Virus record (IMG/VR): IMGVR_UViG_3300022821_000015
Location: 13,973 to 77,972 of that record
DNA length: 64,000 nt
Reading direction: 5' to 3' (one strand)
From: a virus
The translations under genes and the position numbers were made by a program. The notes below the pieces were generated by a model. That model saw only the letters and a program-made list of their open reading frames with translations, did no database searches and was not told where the DNA came from. Below are positions 18,305 through 27,835 of this stretch, one piece after another. The stretch's first letter is position 1; every line of letters begins with the position of its first letter.

Positions 18305-19357
18305 TTAATCCCTCATACAAGTGTTACGAACGAATGTTGTCCAATCCTTGTCACTGGTTTCCGCAAGGATGCGGCAATCTGCGATTTTCAAAGCCATCCG
18401 AAGTGAAACCTCACGTAGTTTATCTTTATTCTCATACATAAACTCTAAGATTTCGTTTTGTTCTTCTTCAGTCAGCGTATACTTGGCTGGATTAAACAAC
18501 TTGCCCGTTGCGGCGATTTGCTTTACCCGCAAGATTTTGTCTCGCATCGTGTTCAGCGTCAGGTCAAGATAATGGCACCGTGACATAAGCGCATCAAGGT
18601 GTGGCTTGATTTTTGGTGCTTTGACTTTCTCGAAGTTGACGTTCGTAATAAACATAACCGAACCTTGAAACTTGAACTTCGATGGTGCTTCTGCTTTATC
18701 CTTGCGCCCCATACGGTCACTATTCCAAGACAACCAACGTGCATCACTTGAGTCCAGTGCGGCTTTCAAGAGGTTCAACGCTTGTACATCTTCGAGAACG
18801 GTATCACAATCATCAAATACCAGAACCGAACCTTTGTCTGAGAACTCATAAAGTTTCTCGTAAAGACCTCGTGGCGACATTGCACCCTTTACCATTTCGG
18901 CTTTATGGGTTGCACCAAGATCAGTGAACATTTGCATCTTGGATAACTCACGCTCAACACCGTATGACTTACCAACGCCCGGTGGTCCCGACACAACCAC
19001 GCCGCGGATTTTACGTGCCATCATTGCTTTGGTCATTGAATCCAGCATTTCAAAGCGGGTGCTGATTTCTTCGATGCGTTCTTCATCAGTTTTATCTAGA
19101 ACGATTTTCTTGTTTGGTGTGGATGCACCAGAAAAGGCAACAGTTGAATGATACTCGTCTTCATCAACGAACTGCACATTATCGGGGGCAGTATACAAGC
19201 GGACCTTACCGAAGCTTGCGCCCAATACTTGTGTTGCATCAACGGTTAGGAATGTTCCTTGTGTACCGTTATTAAAATTCTTTATGACAGGGAAAACCTT
19301 GTCGCTGATAATGGTCTGGCGAACCCGACCTGTAGATACTCTTGCGTATGCAGTCAT
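18305..19357 (-). CDS. AAA+/P-loop ATPase
   Basis: GPPGVGKS, VLVFDDCD, FITN and ALMSRC. Confidence 0.85.
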   Translation of the reverse strand: MTAYARVSTGRVRQTIISDKVFPVIKNFNNGTQGTFLTVDATQVLGASFGKVRLYTAPDNVQFVDEDEYHSTVAFSGASTPNKKIVLDKTDEERIEEISTRFEMLDSMTKAMMARKIRGVVVSGPPGVGKSYGVERELSKMQMFTDLGATHKAEMVKGAMSPRGLYEKLYEFSDKGSVLVFDDCDTVLEDVQALNLLKAALDSSDARWLSWNSDRMGRKDKAEAPSKFKFQGSVMFITNVNFEKVKAPKIKPHLDALMSRCHYLDLTLNTMRDKILRVKQIAATGKLFNPAKYTLTEEEQNEILEFMYENKDKLREVSLRMALKIADCRILAETSDKDWTTFVRNTCMRD

Positions 19358-19393
19358 TTGTAAACTCCGTGTATGTATTGACTTACTTTAAGC

Positions 19394-19422
19394 ATATTAA
19401 ACGAAACGATTGGGTTTGTCAA
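19394..19422 (-). promoter_or_regulatory. Sigma70-type early promoter
   Basis: TTGACA-17 bp-TAATAT; leader GTAAGT...GGAGTTTACAAATG resembles the one at 32040. Confidence 0.6.
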
Positions 19423-19598
19423 CTGTTATTTCGAAATTTGTCCAGTTCAATGCTGATTCCTTCACAAAGTGTTGCACACGTTAGCACCACCGCAAGTCCT
19501 AACATTACTCCAGTAGCCGTACCTGATGCACCCGTATCATGCATACCATAAAACATTGTCCAACTAATAATCGTGGTTATCATATATACATATATCAT
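19419..19598 (-). CDS. Small membrane protein (59 aa, not in ORF track)
   Basis: MIYVYMITTIISWTMFYG...GVMLGLAVVLTCATL; ATGA overlap with the upstream ORF. Confidence 0.4.
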   Translation of the reverse strand: MIYVYMITTIISWTMFYGMHDTGASGTATGVMLGLAVVLTCATLCEGISIELDKFRNNS

Positions 19599-19912
19599 GA
19601 TACAAGTATTCCTTTTTCTTTGATTAGTTTTCGACCTTCAGCGGTCATTGCAAATTCTTCAAACTCTTTTTCAGTGAACATATCACGTTCTGTGGTCAAT
19701 GCATATAATCCGTGATTGTCAGGCGAATATCTGCCCCGCATCAACATAGCGTTAACCATATGTTCAATGCTCTTCCATTGTGCAGTGGATCGTAGTTCAT
19801 CACCAGTCAGAGTATCCCAAAAATCGTCCTTCGGGTCTGGAAGGTCAATCTTGACCAGCATATCAATACCGAACGAAATCACTTCAGTATCGTAGTCAAC
19901 TTTCGGTCGCAT
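19595..19912 (-). CDS. Hypothetical protein
   Basis: 105 aa; TTGACA-16-TAGAAT promoter at 20000-20027. Confidence 0.55.
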   Translation of the reverse strand: MRPKVDYDTEVISFGIDMLVKIDLPDPKDDFWDTLTGDELRSTAQWKSIEHMVNAMLMRGRYSPDNHGLYALTTERDMFTEKEFEEFAMTAEGRKLIKEKGILVS

Positions 19913-20039
19913 GCTATCAAGAAATAATCAGTGTTAGGAAGAACAGTAGGTATTTTCATTTTAATACTCGGTCAATGACGCTAGGATTGCTGTTAATGTA
20001 TTCTACCATACCTTCCACATTTGTCAAGATAAATATTAT

Positions 20040-21032
20040 GTGTTCATAGAAAAAATAAGACAAATATTCCCCGACAGTCTAATAGTAGACGCCGCACTGA
20101 AGTATCCAATCACCGAAGATGGATGGGAAGTCGATATGCCCGAAATAGAAGATTGTCGGTTTCATTTAAAAGACTTTCGACTTATATTAATATTACAAGA
20201 TATGCTTACTATAGATGACACAAGTTTATTTCCACGTGAACTAACCCAAATACACAGTCATTATTTTAACAAGGTTGATTTAAATCAACTCATTGTGATT
20301 ACTTGGCCATGTGGGTTAGCTGCCGATTGGAACCAAACAAACAGCTTTACAGTCGTGGAGTTTAGTTCGCACCAATATAACTTATGGGAAGCATATAAGC
20401 AATCTGAAGATGTATTACGTGAAGAATTCAAACACAAAGATTATGAAGATAATTTCCTTTGCATGAATAGGATTGATAAGCCTCATCGACGAGCGATATA
20501 CGGTGCGATTAAAGATTGTCCCGGCAATAGTAGCTATCAGCATATGGGAATCGAGTTAAAGTATCCCGGCTTTTCCTATACCGAATACAACAAGCATTAC
20601 GATAATCTATTGAACTTACTCACGTTAAAGAAGAACTTCAATACCAGTCTATTCAGTATCATTTGTGAATCACAATACTATGAACGCTACGGTATTATTA
20701 CTGAAAAAACTTTTAATGCTATGGTGGCGGGTCATCCATTTATTATGATAGGTCACCAATCCGCATTACAAGATATAAAGAGTTACGGGTTTAAAACGTT
20801 TGACAATATGTTCAATGAAGATTATGATGCTGAAGATAATAGCAAACGTGGGGTCGATGCGCTTCACGCTAACTGGCTGATGATTGGCAAAACGATGGCA
20901 GCGAAGTCTATGTATGAACTACAGCACTATTGCCATGATGATATTGAATATAACCGTGACTATTTCTTTAACGAGTTTGGAAACTATCTTATCAATAGTC
21001 TTCAACAGCAGTTACTCAAATCTTGGTCTTAA
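20040..21032 (+). CDS. Putative glycosyltransferase-like protein
   Basis: FLCMNR..HR and ITEKTF..M..GHPFIMIG...GFKTF motifs reminiscent of GT10-like C-terminal domains. Confidence 0.5.
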   Translation: MFIEKIRQIFPDSLIVDAALKYPITEDGWEVDMPEIEDCRFHLKDFRLILILQDMLTIDDTSLFPRELTQIHSHYFNKVDLNQLIVITWPCGLAADWNQTNSFTVVEFSSHQYNLWEAYKQSEDVLREEFKHKDYEDNFLCMNRIDKPHRRAIYGAIKDCPGNSSYQHMGIELKYPGFSYTEYNKHYDNLLNLLTLKKNFNTSLFSIICESQYYERYGIITEKTFNAMVAGHPFIMIGHQSALQDIKSYGFKTFDNMFNEDYDAEDNSKRGVDALHANWLMIGKTMAAKSMYELQHYCHDDIEYNRDYFFNEFGNYLINSLQQQLLKSWS

Positions 21033-21448
21033 ACGGCATTGTAATCATATGGTGTGGTAAACGTAAACTTAGCTTCGGCGTTGTGGGTAATAACAAACTT
21101 CCACCAGCTCCCAGTAGCTTCATTATCAATATCAGCCGTATGAATAACACCGCCAAAATCAATAGTTCTCCAACGCATAGCATTGCCATCGATTCGGGTT
21201 CCAAGCCATTCCACATTTCTGTCGTTATCGGAATCGGTATACTCATCATTCATAAATGTGACTGCAAGGGTATGTGCGCCATCCGCCAAATCAAGCGTAA
21301 TGGAAATAGTGGTTGGATTTAACGGATCAATCGAGGTGATATCCGTGTTCAGTGAATGCCACACATCGTCAATCATAACACATACCATTGGATTGGTTGC
21401 ATCTATTTTAACGGCGGTGAAGTCAAGTTCAAAAGTGTGTTCGGTCAT
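21029..21448 (-). CDS. Carbohydrate-binding-module-like protein (CBM60-like)
   Basis: HTLAVTFMNDEYTDSDNDRNVEW. Confidence 0.55.
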   Translation of the reverse strand: MTEHTFELDFTAVKIDATNPMVCVMIDDVWHSLNTDITSIDPLNPTTISITLDLADGAHTLAVTFMNDEYTDSDNDRNVEWLGTRIDGNAMRWRTIDFGGVIHTADIDNEATGSWWKFVITHNAEAKFTFTTPYDYNAV

Positions 21449-21463
21449 TATAATATCCTTCTT

Positions 21464-22276
21464 TTACTTATTTATCCAATACTTTTTTATTTTTTCATCA
21501 ATCTCGTGGGGTTTTGGGTCGCCATGACACACGACAACAGCACAATCTTCTGGTAATATGAAAGGAATATCTGGCTGCAAATACGACGAACGTTCAGTTC
21601 CGTTGTTTATCTTGCCGCCTTTTTCAAGTTCCCATTTCCAAGACATTGCCCATTCACGTGGCCACCACGCCTTTTGATCTGGATTATTGTCAAAATATTG
21701 TGTTAGAAAATCTTGGTCGCCTCGGAATCGGGTTATGATTCCTTGAATATTATTGCTCCATTCTTTCCATATACCCGTAACTTGTTCTGGACTAAACTTC
21801 ATAATAGAACTGTTGCTTACCCGATAGTCACTAACATACTGGCGATTGAAGTCTTGGCAAATACTAAACTTATCTTGTTGATGATCGAAGAACTTATCGA
21901 TGCTATTAATGATTACTAAATCTAGATCAAAATATAAAGTATTATCACCAAAGCCATTGGTGGGATCGAACATACACATTTTGAACCACCACGCCTTACG
22001 ATGATCAAACATCTTGATACCGATATTAGACCAGTCGGGAATAGGAATAACACGACAAGGTATTTTACTTGCAATGCTGCTGTTATCAGTTATTACATTA
22101 AATCTTATTTCGTGTGTTGTATTACGAACGACAGCGTTGTAAAGATTGATTACATAATCTTCACTGTATTTGTCGCCAACCCATACACAAACAACGTCAA
22201 GGGTCTTAATCGGGTGTTCCGCCAACATCTTTTCTTTGAATATCTGCTGATAAAGGTTCTGGGTAATATACTTCAA
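21464..22276 (-). CDS. GT-A glycosyltransferase (GT8-like)
   Basis: CVWVGDKYS, WWFKM, YFDLD (DxD), NSS, GDQ and HGDPKPH. Confidence 0.8.
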   Translation of the reverse strand: MKYITQNLYQQIFKEKMLAEHPIKTLDVVCVWVGDKYSEDYVINLYNAVVRNTTHEIRFNVITDNSSIASKIPCRVIPIPDWSNIGIKMFDHRKAWWFKMCMFDPTNGFGDNTLYFDLDLVIINSIDKFFDHQQDKFSICQDFNRQYVSDYRVSNSSIMKFSPEQVTGIWKEWSNNIQGIITRFRGDQDFLTQYFDNNPDQKAWWPREWAMSWKWELEKGGKINNGTERSSYLQPDIPFILPEDCAVVVCHGDPKPHEIDEKIKKYWINK

Positions 22277-22556
22277 AACATACTACATCGGTTAGTGCCC
22301 TGAACCGATGATACTCGTTCGGCTTGCATATAGTGATGTCGCCAGCTTTTAATAAGGTAGTATCAACTAAGTCATAATCATTCTTATGAACTTCAATCTC
22401 AAGCTCGCCTTCTACTACATAAAAAGCATTATGTTTATACGAGTGTTTATGCAGTGAACAGAATCCACCAGCCTTAATATCAATGCGGTGAAACTCCACA
22501 AATGGCGTTTCTAACAGGAGTTCAGTCTGACCCCATACTTTTCCTTGCTTGCTCAT
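22206..22556 (-). CDS. Cupin (mannose-6-phosphate isomerase-like)
   Basis: KVWG, SLHKHSYKHNAFYV and PNEYHRF. Confidence 0.8.
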   Translation of the reverse strand: MSKQGKVWGQTELLLETPFVEFHRIDIKAGGFCSLHKHSYKHNAFYVVEGELEIEVHKNDYDLVDTTLLKAGDITICKPNEYHRFRALTDVVCFEVYYPEPLSADIQRKDVGGTPD

Positions 22557-22690
22557 TTTTTATTCTTTTTCATTTGCTTCTTTACAAAGGATACCGATTT
22601 CTCCGGTGGCATATTACCAACATCAATATAATAAACCTTACGTGTCGGGGCACTCTGAATACGCTTTACAATAATATCATCTTCGCTCAT
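22553..22690 (-). CDS. 45-aa microprotein resembling the clip segment of the T4-type portal gp20 (not in ORF track)
   Basis: MSEDDIIVKRIQSAPTRKVYYIDVGNMPPEKSVSFVKKQMKKNKK; AGGA RBS; stop overlaps the next ATG (ATGA). Confidence 0.7.
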   Translation of the reverse strand: MSEDDIIVKRIQSAPTRKVYYIDVGNMPPEKSVSFVKKQMKKNKK

Positions 22691-22699
22691 TTTTATTTC

Positions 22700-23020
22700 C
22701 TATCTATATGGTTGATAATATTCATACCCGTATCCCCAACGCCAAGGAAATGGTAATCGTGGATGCCCGCCTATACGAACACCGTAATACATTAATGCGG
22801 CGATTATTGGATAACCTTGACGGGTAACAGATGATGCCAATATTAAATCAGCACGTTTTCTTTCTTCTGCTGTGCCGCCAGCCCAATAGGATTTATCATG
22901 TTCAACACAATGTCCTTCCCATGGTGGCGGGCGTCTAAGAAACGTTTTCCAAAACCAAGACATTCCGCCAGAACATCCATCGGTCGTAAAGGGTTTAGAT
23001 GGTAAGTTGCTATTATTCAT
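22700..23020 (-). CDS. Small phospholipase A2-like protein
   Basis: DGCS...CVEHDKSY...RKRAD...MYYGVRIGG, the CxxHD/D/Y pattern of prokaryotic PLA2-like folds. Confidence 0.5.
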   Translation of the reverse strand: MNNSNLPSKPFTTDGCSGGMSWFWKTFLRRPPPWEGHCVEHDKSYWAGGTAEERKRADLILASSVTRQGYPIIAALMYYGVRIGGHPRLPFPWRWGYGYEYYQPYR

Positions 23021-23025
23021 AGTTA

Positions 23026-23071
23026 TATTTATATGTGTATATTACTAGGATATTATTTTCCTGTATAAATA
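23026..23071. promoter_or_regulatory. Divergent perfect T4 late promoters
   Basis: TATAAATA on minus (23026-23033) and plus (23064-23071). Confidence 0.7.
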
Positions 23072-23075
23072 CATT

Positions 23076-23828
23076 ATGTCCACATATTATTTTGATAGAT
23101 TAGAAGAAGCAAAAGACGCAGAATACGTGGTTTTCATCGGGTATGACCCACTCGAAGACCAATGCGCCAAAATGTTAGCACATAGCATTCGTTCCAAAAC
23201 CACAATGGATTTAAAAATCATTCCGATTGTGCGTGACGAACTGTTAGCGTATGGTATATTTGAACGTCCCGTTGATCCGAATGGTTCTACACAGTTTTCA
23301 ATCACACGGTTCATGGTGCCAACATTAATGGGATTTACAGGTATCGGGATTTTCTTTGATTGTGATATGCTGATTACACGTGATATTCATGAAATGTTTA
23401 ACTTATATGATTCAAACTATGCAGTGCAATGCGTCCGACACGATTACATACCGAAAGCTGATCCGAAGATGGGTGGCAAACCGCAGTCAACATATCCACG
23501 TAAAAACTGGTCAAGTGCGGTTATATATAACTGCGCACATCCGTCCAATAGTGTGTTAACGAAAGGCAGCGTAGAACAATCAACGCCGCAGTTCCTTCAT
23601 CGTTTTGAATGGTTAGAGGATTCCGAGATTGGTGCATTGCCGATTGAGTTTAACTTTTTAGTTGAAGAATACGAGTTGGCTAAATCAATGCCATTCAATC
23701 TTCATCATACGTTGGGTCCGATGATATACCGTGAAAAACTTTATGCGGATTACTCAGAGTATTGGAAGGCTCAATACCATCACACGTTCGGGAAGCCGTT
23801 TGATCCAGACATTGACTGCGTTGGGTAA
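23076..23828 (+). CDS. GT-A glycosyltransferase (GT8-related)
   Basis: FIGYD, STQFSITRF, FDCD, YPRKNWSS and LHRFEWL. Confidence 0.8.
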   Translation: MSTYYFDRLEEAKDAEYVVFIGYDPLEDQCAKMLAHSIRSKTTMDLKIIPIVRDELLAYGIFERPVDPNGSTQFSITRFMVPTLMGFTGIGIFFDCDMLITRDIHEMFNLYDSNYAVQCVRHDYIPKADPKMGGKPQSTYPRKNWSSAVIYNCAHPSNSVLTKGSVEQSTPQFLHRFEWLEDSEIGALPIEFNFLVEEYELAKSMPFNLHHTLGPMIYREKLYADYSEYWKAQYHHTFGKPFDPDIDCVG

Positions 23829-23954
23829 TAATATCATTGCCACGATTGTTTGTTCCAAGCTTTACGGGCGTTTTCAATATATCGTCCATAGTCTGTCGCC
23901 ATGATCGGGGTGGCGGGGCTTTTAACGCATCCCAAAACTTTTCTTTATCTTTAT

Positions 23955-24767
23955 TCATCGGATTCCGCACATTTCATATGCAAATCCACTATACATTTCC
24001 TTTGACGTAAACTGTGAATATGCCAACGTATTACATATATTTTTAGCTTCATCGGGATACCAGTCAACAGCTTCAATGCATGATATCCCTAAACTAGTAA
24101 CTGGATTATGATTAGACGTAGTTACCACCGGCACACCATTAATGATGGCTTCAACGCTTGCCATGCTTGCTGATGCTACTACACAATATGCGTTTTTTAT
24201 ATCCTCTGCAAATGGAATATCAGCGACGTGCGGACCACTAGTTCCGTTCTTACGTGGCTTATGCCGCACACGGATTGGTCTATCTGTAATCTTTTGTATA
24301 GTTTCGATAGTTGATAATATCCAATCCCGTTGGGTCATATTACCGACCAGTATATGCATATTATTAGAACTTGGGCAAAGTATTATTTCATCGCCTTTTA
24401 CTCTTTTCTTAGCAATACTAATACCAAACTTGTCAAATCGATCAGGTGGATCATTTCGGAAAATATCTCGTTGATGAACTGAGTTTTTGCAAATGCGCCA
24501 ATAACATTCATCATCAGGTCTATGTGGATTCCAGCGTCCGAAATATGGCATATCACTGAACAGCCAAGAACCATGTTTTGCATCATAAGTCTTAATCATC
24601 TGATGATTTTGACCGACCAATCCCCAAAACATACCCATTCCGCCCTGATATTCGTAATCGTGTTCGATATGCGTGTCACCACCTTTCCAGCCCTGCATAA
24701 AGGGTGAAAAAACGTGCCAACACTTACTATCTTCTTTGTTTCGGGGAACGTATATATTTAAATTCAT
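23955..24767 (-). CDS. KpsS/KpsC-like GT-B protein, paralogue 1
   Basis: DMPYF, RHKP, SMASVEAIINGVP and AYSQF; sigma70-like promoter at 24773-24801. Confidence 0.65.
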   Translation of the reverse strand: MNLNIYVPRNKEDSKCWHVFSPFMQGWKGGDTHIEHDYEYQGGMGMFWGLVGQNHQMIKTYDAKHGSWLFSDMPYFGRWNPHRPDDECYWRICKNSVHQRDIFRNDPPDRFDKFGISIAKKRVKGDEIILCPSSNNMHILVGNMTQRDWILSTIETIQKITDRPIRVRHKPRKNGTSGPHVADIPFAEDIKNAYCVVASASMASVEAIINGVPVVTTSNHNPVTSLGISCIEAVDWYPDEAKNICNTLAYSQFTSKEMYSGFAYEMCGIR

Positions 24768-24801
24768 ACGTAATATTAAATCATCTTAATCATTTTGTCA
24801 A

Positions 24802-25590
24802 CTATAAAATGTTATGCAGAATGCCTTCGTCCATTTCACGAACACTGTATTGGTCGTATGCCACCGATTGAAGCCACGCTTGATATAGATTATCGTCGGG
24901 ATATTTCAATGGTTGTGTGAAGTCTGTTTGAAATACAGGGGCGGCGGCATTTTCTGGGTCTACATAACAAGCAACGCCTTCTAATGCTGCTTCGACTGCC
25001 ACACCACCAGCAAACGATGCGATGGCAAATACATCATTATCAGCGATAGATTTTTGCAATGTATCGCCCGCAAATCTTTCATCCTTTGGTGGTTTTGGTC
25101 GCAACACGATATTCTTTGTTGGATGGGTTTCCTTTAGCTGTTGCATCGTGCGGTCGGTCCATTCAGGGGATGTGATATCATACGAAAGCATTGTTTTATC
25201 GGTAGGCGGGCATACCATAATGGTTGAGCCATCCTTTTTCCAAGGCTTTGCTTCGATGCCATTCTGTTGAAACATTTTCCATCTGTCGTCTGGTCGGTCA
25301 ATGATTTTATTGTTTTGATAATGGTTTAATGTTACCCGATGATAAAACTTACTTGCAGGACGATTAAAGTATCCCGTATCAATAAAGATAAAGTCTGTGC
25401 TTTTATTCCAACACGATCTTACGTGGTGACAAATCTTACGTGAACGTGACCTAAAAACATAATAATCATTTATACCGATTGTTGGCATAGGGTCTTCAAA
25501 TGTCAAATCTATTTTTGTGCTTCTTCGAAACATAGCTTCGTAAATAGCTGTCGTATTTTTGTTATCATTATTCAGGCAATAAAATGTCAT
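24802..25590 (-). CDS. KpsS/KpsC-like GT-B protein, paralogue 2
   Basis: DTGYF, PWK, RPKP and VAVEAALEG. Confidence 0.65.
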   Translation of the reverse strand: MTFYCLNNDNKNTTAIYEAMFRRSTKIDLTFEDPMPTIGINDYYVFRSRSRKICHHVRSCWNKSTDFIFIDTGYFNRPASKFYHRVTLNHYQNNKIIDRPDDRWKMFQQNGIEAKPWKKDGSTIMVCPPTDKTMLSYDITSPEWTDRTMQQLKETHPTKNIVLRPKPPKDERFAGDTLQKSIADNDVFAIASFAGGVAVEAALEGVACYVDPENAAAPVFQTDFTQPLKYPDDNLYQAWLQSVAYDQYSVREMDEGILHNIL

Positions 25591-26537
25591 GCGTTATATT
25601 CCTTAAATCTATTCCATAGTTCACCAGTTGCCAGTTCGTTGGCTGACCACATCGTATGCGACAAGTCGTGTATCCACTGATTACGGTCAAAGATTTCATA
25701 GTTTGATACTGCGTTGTTTACATTATTATGGCACACGGGATAAGCGTGTGACAAGCTATCCATTGCTATCGTCGGGATTCCATATAACGCACTTTCTACT
25801 GCTACGGTAGAGTTGAATGTTACCGTAAGACATACATCATCAAACGTTTCATATAACGGCGTTTCTTTTGGGATTAACGTTATTTTTTTAGTATCACAAA
25901 ACTTACTAATCTCATCATATTCAGCACGTTTGGTATTGGGGTGCGGTTTTATTTGAACTTGTTTGCCTAGTTTTTGAAACAACGTTACGGGTCTTTCAAA
26001 AATGTCGGTCATTTTTACCATATTCATCGAGAAGCCTTCGAACGGTTGTGCCAAAATAAGAACACGATTGCCACTACGACGATCCATATTATATGGAATA
26101 TTGAACTCTTTCTGTAGCATATTCCAGCGGTCAGGTGTGCTATTTTCATTTAAGAACACGCCGTTACGCAGCGGACTATTCATTCCAAATCTAAAATACT
26201 TGAAGTTGCGTAGGCTTTTAAAAAATCCACCATCCCAACAAAAAACCTTACCGCCGCGTGCTTCTACTTTAGTGATGATACTGTGCTTCCAGTTTTGTAA
26301 CCAATGCTTGGGATTATTATCTTCTCGTCTACCGTATCCAAATATAACTACATTATTTTCTTGTGGAATAATAAACTTATCGTCGTATATAACGGGGGTA
26401 TCGCCCGCTGCTTTAATCCCATCTTCAATACCTTGAAATACTTCTTCGATAATATTTCCTGCGTGAACTTTCCATATTCCTTGATGTTTGGAATCTTTCG
26501 GTTTACCCGTTCGTCGCATTATGGCTACCTTTGCCAT
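25587..26537 (-). CDS. KpsS/KpsC-like GT-B protein, paralogue 3
   Basis: DGGFF, KPHP and TFNSTVAVESALYGIP. Confidence 0.7.
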   Translation of the reverse strand: MAKVAIMRRTGKPKDSKHQGIWKVHAGNIIEEVFQGIEDGIKAAGDTPVIYDDKFIIPQENNVVIFGYGRREDNNPKHWLQNWKHSIITKVEARGGKVFCWDGGFFKSLRNFKYFRFGMNSPLRNGVFLNENSTPDRWNMLQKEFNIPYNMDRRSGNRVLILAQPFEGFSMNMVKMTDIFERPVTLFQKLGKQVQIKPHPNTKRAEYDEISKFCDTKKITLIPKETPLYETFDDVCLTVTFNSTVAVESALYGIPTIAMDSLSHAYPVCHNNVNNAVSNYEIFDRNQWIHDLSHTMWSANELATGELWNRFKEYNA

Positions 26538-27193
26538 TAACCTCTCCGATATAAATGATCGCTGCCTTTTTTAATAGCGTGTTCGTATCCCCAAGATTTT
26601 AACAGTTGAAGCGGGTCATCGCCGCCGAAACGGTTAATAAGTTTTACCTTATATTCGATCATAATATATGGATTGCTTTTTGCGGTTTCTTTTAATCCCA
26701 CAAGTGTTCTATATTCATAACCCTCAACATCAAGTTTAATAAATGATGCGTCTTTGATTTCCATTGAATCAACAGGAACAACATCAAGGTCACCTTCGCA
26801 ACCTACATTGACGTGATATGATCCAGTGCATTCATTCCATATATCATCTTTTGTGATTGATACTTGCTCGTTAACGTCGCCGACGCCTTTGTTTAATAAC
26901 GTCACATTGGTTAATCCCCAATCTGTAATATTACGTTCAAGACATTCAAATGTATCGGGGTTCAACTCGAATGCGTATACATGGTCAAAGTTCTCTGCCA
27001 ACACTTTTGTCCAAGAACCAACGTGTGCGCCGCAATCGATGGCTACTTTAAATGGGGCATTGTTAGCTTTCATAGTGTCTATAAATAGATGTAGTTTATT
27101 CAACTGCCATCCACCTTTATTCTCAAACTCGGTTAAAAAATGTGGGGTATTTTCCTCATCGGGCATCCAATAGTTACCAACTCTTTTCATCAT
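26537..27193 (-). CDS. FkbM-family SAM-dependent methyltransferase
   Basis: IDCGAHVG, AFE and IKLDVEGYE. Confidence 0.9.
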   Translation of the reverse strand: MMKRVGNYWMPDEENTPHFLTEFENKGGWQLNKLHLFIDTMKANNAPFKVAIDCGAHVGSWTKVLAENFDHVYAFELNPDTFECLERNITDWGLTNVTLLNKGVGDVNEQVSITKDDIWNECTGSYHVNVGCEGDLDVVPVDSMEIKDASFIKLDVEGYEYRTLVGLKETAKSNPYIMIEYKVKLINRFGGDDPLQLLKSWGYEHAIKKGSDHLYRRG

Positions 27194-27198
27194 ATCTC

Positions 27199-27835
27199 CT
27201 AAAACTTAAAATCAAATCGTTCTATATCTTTGGCGTAATACTTTTCGATAAAACGCTTACTATTGTCGTTATATTCATCTCGGTATGGCTTCAGCTTACG
27301 GGATCGGTTAGCCGTTGTCATATTAGTAAGATTATATTCATTATTCGTAATCATATTTAGGTAATCAATAATTCCATCCATTTTATCCATTTGGAATATT
27401 TGCTTAATATGGATATTACCATCTCGGCTACGTAGATTATCACACTGACTTATACGTGTTTCTGAAACTGTTTCGTGTACATTATTTGGATTAATATAGT
27501 TGGATTGAACTAACCAATCGGAAAAACTTAGGCGTTTGGCTTCTTCGTATTGTTTCGCATAAAATACGTTTAGACTGCCCCGTGCCGTTAATCGTTGCAA
27601 ATCTTGTATGAATATCACAATACAATGAATACATACGTTCCCACGGATTTCTCACTACCGTAAAACTATTCTTAAACTTACTAACATCGTATTCATATTC
27701 AATCATCGAAACCTTCGAATGTTTATACAATCGATATTTCTCTACGCCTGTTCCTGCCAACATTTCACGGATGCTTGTGCCGCCGCATTTCATCATATGA
27801 TAAAAAAAGAAATCGTGATGTCGATTAACAATCAT
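27199..27835 (-). pseudogene. Sulfotransferase (Sulfotransfer_2-like) split by a frameshift
   Basis: The 5' frame has HMMKCGGTS and VRNPWERMYSLY. The +1 frame has FSDW...YYAKDIERFDFKF. The frames switch near 27620-27560. Confidence 0.7.

Noticed and set aside
19880-19960. Possible frameshifted 5' extension (MKIPTVLPNTDYFLIACD) of 19595..19912
   Set aside because: It cannot be distinguished from a chance short ORF without homologues.
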